Shown here: piece after piece, positions 56,221-64,000 of the stretch | Layout: each line of letters begins with the position of its first letter | Position numbering within the stretch: the first letter of the stretch is position 1 | Assembly (NCBI GenBank): GCA_026129095.1 | Contig: JAHCIT010000004.1 | Coordinates: 124,001-188,000, forward strand | Length of the DNA: 64,000 bases | Reading direction: 5' to 3' | From: Deltaproteobacteria bacterium | Lineage (GTDB): Bacteria > JAGRBM01 > JAHCIT01 | Notes under the pieces: generated by a model | The model's database searches: none | Seen by the model: the letters and a program-made list of their open reading frames with translations, nothing else | What the model was told of the DNA's origin: nothing | Translations under genes and position numbers: made by a program

Positions 56221-59001
56221 TCAGGGGGCCGGCATCTGGAAAATGCAGGAATTTCCGGTCGTGGGGCAGTCCTCGACGGCGAGGTAGAGCTTTGTCCCGT
56301 CGGGGCTGGTGGCCAGCGCCGAGAACCGGCCCGCATCGAACGTCTGCCCGTTGAAGCGTGGGACGATGTAGTCGATGAAGTCCCCCGCCTGCGAGGTCTT
56401 CACGATGGACGAACTGCCCCGGTTCAGGATGTAGAGGTCGCTGGAACTGCGCAGGTGGTCGGGGGATCTGGCCGGCGGGTTTGTCGGCGCGAGGTCCACC
56501 GGCGTCGAGAGCAGCCCGCTCACGTCGATCTGGTAGCCGCCGCTGCGGTAGTAGACGCCACGAATCGTCCCCGCGTCCAGCCGTCCGAGCGAAAGCGCCT
56601 GGACGAGATTCCGGACCGGGTCGGCCACGAACAGCGTGCGGGTATCCTCGGTGTAGAGCATGCCGTGCTTGAGGCTGGGATCGTCGGTGATGAGCTGGCC
56701 GGCGTCGAGATTGATCGCGCACGGCACGAGCGGGTTCAGCGGGCGCAGCGTGCATGGGGGCGAAAGCTGCGAGACACCAGAATCGAGGTCGATCTGTACC
56801 GCGCCGCCGTCGCCGGTGGCGGCGAAGTAGACCGGGTTGCGGGTGAAATAGTCCACGCCGGGCGTCAGGGGGTTGTCGGCCTGGAAGCTGTCGGCACCCG
56901 CGCCCCCGAAGACGACGCCATAGAGGCCGTTCGAGAGCCCGTTGCTCGTCGCCGCCGGGACCAGCGAGTCGGAGCCGCAGGGCAGTCCCGCCGGGGAGCC
57001 CGCCACCTCGGCCCGGAGCCGGAACGGCAGGCGGGTGTTGGGGAGCTGCGAACAGGCGCGCATGTCCTCCTCGCCCCACCACACGCCGGTCACGGGGCCG
57101 CCGCGGCGGGGCGGGAATGCAGGGACGAGCGGACCGGCCGGAACGAGCGGATCCTCCGGGATGTAGGTCACCGGGCGGCCATCGGCGCCAATGGAGGCGG
57201 CCCGTCCGCCCGCCTCCACGGTGTCGGGGGCGGCGATATTGTTCAGGTTGAGGCCGCTCGACACCACGAACGGATAGCCGTCGTTCTGGACGGCGATGCC
57301 CGTCGGCGCATGGAACGGCGAGAGGGGGCCGAGCTGCTCGTCGCCGATGGGCGAGAAGTCCGGATCGGGCGGGATTTCCACCAGCGGCAGGCCCCGCAGA
57401 AGGAGCCGGGTGTTCAGCGCCGTCACGTCCTCGAAGTCGAGGAAGCCCGCGATGTTGCGGGCGATGAGCCGCAGGATGCCGGGCAGGCTGCTCCGGGGCG
57501 GAGTGGTCGAGAAGAGCGTTCCGCCGGAGATTTCGGCCGCCGGATGGAGCGATGGGTTGGTGCCGCCATCGGTGCGGTCGATGTTGTCGCCAACCGGGTT
57601 CCCGCCGTTCGAGCGCGACAGGACGAGGAGGCCCCCATTGAGGAAGTTGGCAACCGCCACCGGGTCGCCGACGAGCGGCGACGTGGGCACGTGCGCCGGC
57701 ATCTGGCCCATGTCGGACACCATGCCGTCCACGGTGAAGACGCGGGATATCTCGACGAACGTGGGGCGGATGCGCTCGATGCCGATGATGACAAGGCCGT
57801 TCTCTCCATCGGCCACATAGGCATGGAAGTCGCCGTTGTCGAGCTGGCGGAGCTGGACCGTGAAGGCCGAGCCCGGCGTCACCACGGTCGTCGCCACCTT
57901 GGGCACGGACGGATCGCTCACGTCCACCAGCCGGATGTCGCCGTCGGCCACCACCGCCAGTTCGCCGATGGAGGCGATGTCGGAAATGTCGCTCGGCGGC
58001 AGCGCGCGGTAGTCAGCCGTGCTGATGATCGAGTTCGACCGCCAGGCAGTGAGGCGGCGGCCGCTGGAGGACAGCACGTAGAGGTTCTCGCCATTGGTGG
58101 CCGCGGCCACCGGGAAGTTGATCGGGCTCTGGTTGATTCCGCTCAGGAACGGGAAATCCACCGAGGCCGACTGGGGGATGCGCCGGTCGGAGGTGCCGCT
58201 GCCACTGCTCACGTTGATCGTGCGGATGCCGAGGCGGCCCACGCGGGGGTCGTCCGGGTTGGAAACCTCGCAGGGGACGGTGGGTGGCGGAAAGCAGCCG
58301 GGATCGGGCGGAAGCTCCACGACGGCGAGCACCTGGCTCTCGCTGAGCTTTTTCAGGCCGTAGAACGACACCACGCCGAAGTCGGCCGGCTCGCCGAGGA
58401 AGGTAGCCTCCGGGTAACGGATGTCCTGTGCGTCGATGCGGTACAGGCCGCGGGCGCCGGCCGACACCATGAGGCTGTCACCGGCGCAGGCGATCCCCGC
58501 CCCCTCGGCAAGTTCGAGCTGCACCTCGCCCAGCTTCACCGGGACGGTGGGATCCAGGCCGATGTCGAACGTCGCCACGCGGGACTGGAACGGCGGCGCC
58601 TGGAAGTCGAGCGAATAGAGCCGCCGCCCGCAGGCCCGGACGTCCGAGGAGCGCACATCGTCCTGGCGGCGGGTGATGCGGATGTCGCTGAGGTCGCTGA
58701 GGTCCATCGTGACAAGACCGCTCTCGCCGTAGGCGGCATAGGCGGTCCGGTAGGTCGCGGAAAGGTCGAAGTTCACGAGCGAGCCGGTGGACCGCTTGGT
58801 GGCGATGATCCGGGCGGCGTAGGCCCCGGCGACGAACGGCTCCTCGGGCGGTGCCCCGCCGCCGCCACAGGCGGAAAAGGAACAAACGGCGAAACCGGCG
58901 GCAAATAGCGAGACTGCCAGACGGCGAACAGCCCCATGCGGCCGCCATCTACGGCGCGCACTGCCCCCTGCCGGAGGTATTCTCGCAGTTTCCACAAACA
59001 T
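56221..59001 (-). CDS. Large putative lipoprotein with LVIVD/beta-propeller repeats
   Basis: FSAC lipobox, LVIVD-like repeats (AYAAYGESGLVTMDLSD, AYVADGENGLVII, LVDVSDPSVP) and a C-terminal propeller-like region; start uncertain. Confidence 0.75.
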   Translation of the reverse strand: MFVETARIPPAGGSARRRWRPHGAVRRLAVSLFAAGFAVCSFSACGGGGAPPEEPFVAGAYAARIIATKRSTGSLVNFDLSATYRTAYAAYGESGLVTMDLSDLSDIRITRRQDDVRSSDVRACGRRLYSLDFQAPPFQSRVATFDIGLDPTVPVKLGEVQLELAEGAGIACAGDSLMVSAGARGLYRIDAQDIRYPEATFLGEPADFGVVSFYGLKKLSESQVLAVVELPPDPGCFPPPTVPCEVSNPDDPRVGRLGIRTINVSSGSGTSDRRIPQSASVDFPFLSGINQSPINFPVAAATNGENLYVLSSSGRRLTAWRSNSIISTADYRALPPSDISDIASIGELAVVADGDIRLVDVSDPSVPKVATTVVTPGSAFTVQLRQLDNGDFHAYVADGENGLVIIGIERIRPTFVEISRVFTVDGMVSDMGQMPAHVPTSPLVGDPVAVANFLNGGLLVLSRSNGGNPVGDNIDRTDGGTNPSLHPAAEISGGTLFSTTPPRSSLPGILRLIARNIAGFLDFEDVTALNTRLLLRGLPLVEIPPDPDFSPIGDEQLGPLSPFHAPTGIAVQNDGYPFVVSSGLNLNNIAAPDTVEAGGRAASIGADGRPVTYIPEDPLVPAGPLVPAFPPRRGGPVTGVWWGEEDMRACSQLPNTRLPFRLRAEVAGSPAGLPCGSDSLVPAATSNGLSNGLYGVVFGGAGADSFQADNPLTPGVDYFTRNPVYFAATGDGGAVQIDLDSGVSQLSPPCTLRPLNPLVPCAINLDAGQLITDDPSLKHGMLYTEDTRTLFVADPVRNLVQALSLGRLDAGTIRGVYYRSGGYQIDVSGLLSTPVDLAPTNPPARSPDHLRSSSDLYILNRGSSSIVKTSQAGDFIDYIVPRFNGQTFDAGRFSALATSPDGTKLYLAVEDCPTTGNSCIFQMPAP

Positions 59002-59174
59002 GCGGAATCTCTGGACCTTTCTGCCCGTTAATGCAACATCATATCGCCGGGGCCGCCGGGGCCGCAACGGGCCTCACAAACATTCACAGGAGGGCCTTAA
59101 ACCGCCCGGAACGTCCCCAAGGGGAAACTCCCCGTGGCCCTTTGGCCCGCTCTCGTAGTAGAAACCCTACCTTC

Positions 59175-59933
59175 ATGAAGACTTCCCGCCAGACCAGCCT
59201 GTTCCTTTCGGCCGCGGCCCGCACCTTCGGCTGGCTCGGTGGCGGCGGGAACGCGCCCGGCCGGGGCCTTGCGCCAATTCTGGGCACGGCACTCGCGGGA
59301 CTCATCGAGGCGGGGATCTACGTTGCCCTGTTCAACGCCTATATCCAGAACGAAATCCACCCGCAGATCGGCGGGGCGCTCACCGTGTTCATCTTCGCCG
59401 TCGCGAGCGGCTTTTCCCGCGAGGCGGGCCTGGGGCGGCTCGTGGACCGGGCGTTCGGAAGCGTCGGCGACCCGTCGCCGCAGGCCGGGCAGGCCGGGCA
59501 GGCCGGGCAGGCCGGGCAGGCGGGCGAGCGCGGGGCCGTGGGCGCGGGGCTCATCCTCATCGCCTGGATCGTGAAGTCCCAGGGGTTCGCCCAGATCATC
59601 GCCGCCGGGGACGACATCTCGCACCCGGCCTCGACGCTGCTCGTCCTGCTGCCGGTGACTGTGCGCGTGGCCGAACTGGCCCTCCTGGAACTGCGCGTCC
59701 GCACCCGGCAGGGGATGCTGAACGCCCTCATCGCCGCGCTCCTGTGGCTTGCCCTGTCGGTGCCGCTCGTCCCCGGCGCGTTCCTCGCCCCGCTGGCCCT
59801 CACCGCCGCGCCGCTGCTCCTCATCGGCGGCTCGTTCCAGAAGGAACTGACCGGCCGCGACCTTGCGGGACTCGCCGAGACGGGCTTCATCACCGCGCTC
59901 GCGGGGATCACGCTTGTGACGGTGATGTATTAG
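59175..59933 (+). CDS. Divergent CobS-like membrane protein
   Basis: CobS-like TM layout (PILG..AG, C-terminal LTGRDLAGLAE), but the conserved Asp-rich motifs are not recognisable. Confidence 0.45.
   Translation: MKTSRQTSLFLSAAARTFGWLGGGGNAPGRGLAPILGTALAGLIEAGIYVALFNAYIQNEIHPQIGGALTVFIFAVASGFSREAGLGRLVDRAFGSVGDPSPQAGQAGQAGQAGQAGERGAVGAGLILIAWIVKSQGFAQIIAAGDDISHPASTLLVLLPVTVRVAELALLELRVRTRQGMLNALIAALLWLALSVPLVPGAFLAPLALTAAPLLLIGGSFQKELTGRDLAGLAETGFITALAGITLVTVMY
59481..59525 (+). repeat. In-frame 9-bp tandem repeat (CAGGCCGGG)n encoding (QAG)n
   Basis: 4-5 tandem units are visible within the CobS-like ORF. Confidence 0.9.
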
Positions 59934-59944
59934 GGGGGGGGGGG
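59933..59944. repeat. Poly-G tract (about 12 G)
   Basis: Homopolymer starting at the stop codon of the upstream gene, about 185 nt upstream of mod. Confidence 0.85.
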
Positions 59945-60129
59945 TGACACAACTTGTCACGACCAACGGTTAGGTATTGCCTGCCGTTACCGGTGGAACG
60001 GGGCAGCCCGGTGCGCTAATAAATCCGTCGGTATTTCGAAATGATGAGCCTGACGCCAGGGATGATCTCGCTAATCCCGGCCATGAAGATATTTCGGCGC
60101 TTCTCGCGCCTTCAGGGAGCTAATGTTCG

Positions 60130-62226
60130 ATGAACCTCACCGACCGTGAAAAAGAAGAGTTGAAAGCCCTCATCGACCGGGGGGAGCCGCTTCCGCCCCG
60201 CTACAAGCTGCGGCTGTTCAGCGACGCGCCGGAGGTGGAACTGATCTGGCAGGGCAAGACGAATGAGGTCACGAATGTCGTCCTCCCGTTCCAGTCCATC
60301 GAGCAGATCGACGAGCCGCGCAAGGCGGTCAATGAAGCCCTCAACCTGTTTTCGATGGATCGGTCCAGCGGCCGCCAGGCGAGCGGCTGGTCGAACAAAC
60401 TGATTTGGGGCGACAACAAACTCATACTTTCCAGTCTCAAGAACGGACCGATGCGGCGGGAGATCGAAGCCGCCGGAGGATTGAAGCTCATCTATATCGA
60501 TCCGCCATTTGATGCCGGGATGGATTTCTCTGTCGACCTCGACGTGGGCGATGACACCTTGACGAAAGAGCCAAGCGTCATTGAGGAACTCGCATATCGC
60601 GATACTTGGGGTAAGAAAGGTGAACGATATCACCAGTACATGTATGAGCGTCTGAATGTGATGAAAGAATTATTATCAGAGGATGGGAGCATATACGTTC
60701 ATTGCGATTGGCATGTAGGACATTACTTAAAGATCATTCTCGATGAGTTATTTTCTCCGGATTATTTTCTCAACGAGATAGTATGGTATTATTATAATAA
60801 ATTTCAGGGAAATATTAATCGGTTTGCGTCTAACCATGATGTCATTTTTTGGTATCGCAAATCTGATAAGTATATTTTTAACAAGCAACGAGAAGACCGA
60901 GACGAGAAAGTTCGTCAACTGAAACGCGTATGGGATAAAGAGAAAGGCGCGATCATCAATGCAAAAGGCCCCGATGGGAAAGTAATTTATATCGAATCCT
61001 CAGAAAAGACCGTTGATGATGTATGGCGTCTCTCTATGTTGCAGCCAGCAGATCGTACTGAAAATCTTTTCTATAGTACTCAAAAACCGGAAGCATTGTT
61101 AGGACGTGTGATATCTGCGGCTTCAAATGAAGGTGACCTAGTTGCCGATTTCTTCTGCGGTTCTGGAACTACCTTGGCCGTCGCCGAAAGACTGAACCGG
61201 AAATGGATCGGTTGCGATCTGGGTCGCTTCGCCATTCACACGGCCCGCAAACGGCTGATCGGGGTCCAACGCGCACTGAAGTCCGAGGGCAAACCGTACC
61301 GCAGTTTTGAGATATTGAACCTCGGTAAATACGAGCGGCAGTATTTCATGGGCGTGGACCCGAACCTGCCGGAAGACCAGCGCAAGGCCCAGTCGATTCA
61401 GCGCGAAGAGCATTACGTCAACTTGATCCTGACTGCCTTTAAAGCCGAGCGGGTGTTCCAGTCGCCGCCGTTTCACGGCAAGAAGGGTTCGACACTGGTG
61501 CTGGTTGGTCCGATAGACGCCCCGGTGACGCAATCCCAGATCAACGATGTCATCAAGGCGTGCCAGAAACTCCAGGTCAGCAAGGCGGACGTGCTCGGCT
61601 TCGAGTTCGAGATGGGCGTCACCCAGCACCTTCAGGACGAAGCCCGCAAGAAGGGCGTCGCCCTTGGACTCAAATACATCCCCCGTGACGTGTTCGATCC
61701 TCGCGCCGTCGAAAAGGGACAAGTGAAATTCTTCGACGTTTGTTATGTGGACGTGAAGCCATTCGTGAATAAAGGCCTCGTTTCACTCCGGCTGACCGAT
61801 TTCGGCGTCTTTTACCGGCAGGACGATATCGAGGAGCTGACGGCTGACCTGAAGCCCGGCGGGAGCAAAATCACGGTCGAAAACGGTCAGGTCGTCAAGA
61901 TCATGAAGGACAAGAAAGAAAAAATCACCAGAGAGATTCTCACGAAAAAGTGGTCCGACTGGATCGACTACTGGGCGGTGGATTTCAACTACGAAAGCCG
62001 CAGGGAGATCATCCGGGTGGTCGAAAACGGCGAAGAGAAGGAACTCTGGACCGGCGGCTATATCTTCGAGAACGAATGGCAGAGTTACCGGACCCGTAAG
62101 GACCGGTCTCTGGAACTATCCAGTGGAACGCATGAATATTCCGGCAAGGGCAAATACAAGATCGCAGTAAAGGTGATCGATATCTTCGGCAACGACACAA
62201 CCAAGGTGCTGGAGGTGAAAGTCTGA
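60130..62226 (+). CDS. mod: Type III-associated DNA methyltransferase Mod (system 2)
   Basis: WGDNKLIL, YIDPPF, TQKPEALL, DFFCGSGTT and C-terminal IAVKVIDIFGNDT. Confidence 0.94.
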   Translation: MNLTDREKEELKALIDRGEPLPPRYKLRLFSDAPEVELIWQGKTNEVTNVVLPFQSIEQIDEPRKAVNEALNLFSMDRSSGRQASGWSNKLIWGDNKLILSSLKNGPMRREIEAAGGLKLIYIDPPFDAGMDFSVDLDVGDDTLTKEPSVIEELAYRDTWGKKGERYHQYMYERLNVMKELLSEDGSIYVHCDWHVGHYLKIILDELFSPDYFLNEIVWYYYNKFQGNINRFASNHDVIFWYRKSDKYIFNKQREDRDEKVRQLKRVWDKEKGAIINAKGPDGKVIYIESSEKTVDDVWRLSMLQPADRTENLFYSTQKPEALLGRVISAASNEGDLVADFFCGSGTTLAVAERLNRKWIGCDLGRFAIHTARKRLIGVQRALKSEGKPYRSFEILNLGKYERQYFMGVDPNLPEDQRKAQSIQREEHYVNLILTAFKAERVFQSPPFHGKKGSTLVLVGPIDAPVTQSQINDVIKACQKLQVSKADVLGFEFEMGVTQHLQDEARKKGVALGLKYIPRDVFDPRAVEKGQVKFFDVCYVDVKPFVNKGLVSLRLTDFGVFYRQDDIEELTADLKPGGSKITVENGQVVKIMKDKKEKITREILTKKWSDWIDYWAVDFNYESRREIIRVVENGEEKELWTGGYIFENEWQSYRTRKDRSLELSSGTHEYSGKGKYKIAVKVIDIFGNDTTKVLEVKV

Positions 62227-64000
62227 TGGGCTTCCACCCGCAGTTTCCCACTGACCCGTATCAGATTATTCACCCTGACGTTCGCTGGTATCCGGGCGAG
62301 GAGTTGCTGGGACGAATCGGTCTCGCAAATCTCCTGCCGCCGCTGGTACACCGCATACGGGAGGGCGTATGGAAGTGGAGGGATTCCGGATATGCAGGCG
62401 CCAGTGCGACGACCAAGGCACTGCTCCGGCACTGGTTCGAGACGGAACATCTCCTGCCGCAAACCGACGAAACCGTCGGAAAGTTCCGCTATTACTTTTC
62501 CCAGCGTGAAGCGGTCGAATCGGCCATCTGGCTCTATGAAATAGAAGAAGCCCGCGACCCCTACGGGCTCATCAAATATGACACCGCCGGGCAGGTCACT
62601 AAAAGCATGTTCCGGGAGGACTGGACCCGGTACGTGATGAAACTGGCGACCGGCGCCGGAAAGACCAAGGTGATGAGCCTGCTCATCGCGTGGTCGTACT
62701 TCCACAAGATCTATGAGGAAGATTCCGAACTCAGCAAGAACTTTTTGCTGATCGCGCCGAATATCATTGTGCTTGACCGGTTGGCGACCGACTTTGACGG
62801 CCTGAAGATATTTTTTGCCGATCCGGTGCTTCCGGACAACGGGTACGAGGGCCGGAACTGGCGTGACGATTTTCAGATCACGCTCCACAAACAGGATCAT
62901 GTCAGCAACGTCTCCCCAACCGGCAATATCTTCCTGACCAACATTCACCGGGTCTACGAGAAGGAAGAGGCCCCGAAGACGTTTGAGGAAGCCAAAGACA
63001 AGCTCGATTTCTTCGCCGGTCCCCGCCCCACCGGGAAAACCACGGATTCAAAGGTGGACCTCGGCGATATCATCCGGAACGTCTCGGAACTGGTCGTCAT
63101 CAACGACGAGGCGCACCACGTCCATGAGGAAGACCTGGCTTGGTTCAAGAGCATCGGGGACATTTCAAATCGCCTGAAACTGAAGGGCGGCAAGCTCTCG
63201 GCGCAGTTCGACCTCACGGCGACCCCAAAACACACCAACGGCGCGATTTTCGTTCAGACGGTCAGCGACTATCCCCTTGTCGAAGCCGTCAGGCAGGGGG
63301 TCGTGAAGACGCCGGTGCTCCCCGATCCGGCCTCACGGGCAAAACTTCAGGAGCGGAAAAGTGCGAAGTTCTCGGAGCGGTACCGGGATTATCTCCAGCT
63401 CGGCTATCTGGAATGGGAAAAGGTTTATGACGAGCTGGAACCGGCCGGAAAGAAGTCGATCCTGTTCGTAATGACCGACGACACGAAGAACTGCGATGAA
63501 GTGGCGGATTACCTCGTCAAGACTTTCCCGAAGCTGGAGGATGGTGTTCTGGTCATTCACACCAAGAACAATGGTGAGATCTCGGAGTCCTCAACCGGCA
63601 AGAACAAGGACGAACTGGACAGGCTCCGTAAGCTGAGCCGTGAGATTGATAGCTGGGATAATCCGTACAAAGCGATCGTATCCGTGATGGTGCTGCGCGA
63701 AGGCTGGGACGTGCAGAACGTCGTTTCGATTGTCGGCCTTCGACCGTTCAAAGCGGCGAGCAAGATTCTTCCCGAGCAGACCATTGGGCGCGGCCTCAGG
63801 CGGATGTTCCGGGGTCAGGACATCCAGGAGAAGGTCAGTGTGATCGGGACCGATGCCTTCATCGATTTTGTGGAATCCATCAAGGATGAAGGCGTTGAAT
63901 TGGAATACGCGGCGATGAGTGACCGGACCAAGCCTCAATCGCCGACCGTGATCGAGGTGGACTCGGAGAACCGGAAGAAGGATATCGAAGCCCTTGATAT
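62226..64000 (+). CDS. res: Type III restriction Res / SF2 helicase subunit (system 2; runs off the window end)
   Basis: Not in the ORF track. The ATG overlaps the mod stop, and the frame reads MGFHPQFP...YFSQREAVES...KLATGAGKT...INDEAHH...LREGWD...EQTIGRGLR. Confidence 0.93.
   Translation, partial: MGFHPQFPTDPYQIIHPDVRWYPGEELLGRIGLANLLPPLVHRIREGVWKWRDSGYAGASATTKALLRHWFETEHLLPQTDETVGKFRYYFSQREAVESAIWLYEIEEARDPYGLIKYDTAGQVTKSMFREDWTRYVMKLATGAGKTKVMSLLIAWSYFHKIYEEDSELSKNFLLIAPNIIVLDRLATDFDGLKIFFADPVLPDNGYEGRNWRDDFQITLHKQDHVSNVSPTGNIFLTNIHRVYEKEEAPKTFEEAKDKLDFFAGPRPTGKTTDSKVDLGDIIRNVSELVVINDEAHHVHEEDLAWFKSIGDISNRLKLKGGKLSAQFDLTATPKHTNGAIFVQTVSDYPLVEAVRQGVVKTPVLPDPASRAKLQERKSAKFSERYRDYLQLGYLEWEKVYDELEPAGKKSILFVMTDDTKNCDEVADYLVKTFPKLEDGVLVIHTKNNGEISESSTGKNKDELDRLRKLSREIDSWDNPYKAIVSVMVLREGWDVQNVVSIVGLRPFKAASKILPEQTIGRGLRRMFRGQDIQEKVSVIGTDAFIDFVESIKDEGVELEYAAMSDRTKPQSPTVIEVDSENRKKDIEALD

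Noticed and set aside
59974-60123. Possible ankyrin-repeat remnant (GALIN...GHEDISALL) upstream of mod 2
   Set aside because: The similarity is short, needs frameshifts to complete the motif, and could be chance.

Overview
A high-GC bacterial chromosomal segment. Its gene content (MXAN_5187-type protein, ruvX-mltG, a MYXO/GlyGly-CTERM-like sorting tail, a Bd0055-like histone) points to a deltaproteobacterial-type lineage such as Myxococcota or Bdellovibrionota, which is an inference. Most of it is housekeeping and metabolic: polA (partial), cysS, gmk, yicC, mltG, ruvX, argG, argC, an Mla/MCE ABC operon, ppk2, pgi, apt, rpmB, rplM-rpsI and tRNA-Arg(CCT). Two unrelated type III restriction-modification systems and a BrnT/BrnA toxin-antitoxin pair sit among these genes, and no integrase or transposase is visible. 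The main hidden features are: (1) a 55-aa, 11-Cys metallothionein-like ORF absent from the ORF track, with a strong RBS and an ECF-type promoter, directly upstream of a CorE-like cysteine-rich ECF sigma factor; (2) a 63-aa bacterial histone-fold gene beside tRNA-Arg and near a protein with an H1-like tail; (3) a structured intergenic RNA candidate upstream of a lytic transglycosylase; (4) a family of palindromic REP/MITE-like repeats; (5) apparent CTG starts for polA and a GMC oxidoreductase; and (6) low-GC target-recognition domains and simple repeats at the RM loci. All calls come from motif recognition by eye, and no database searches were run.
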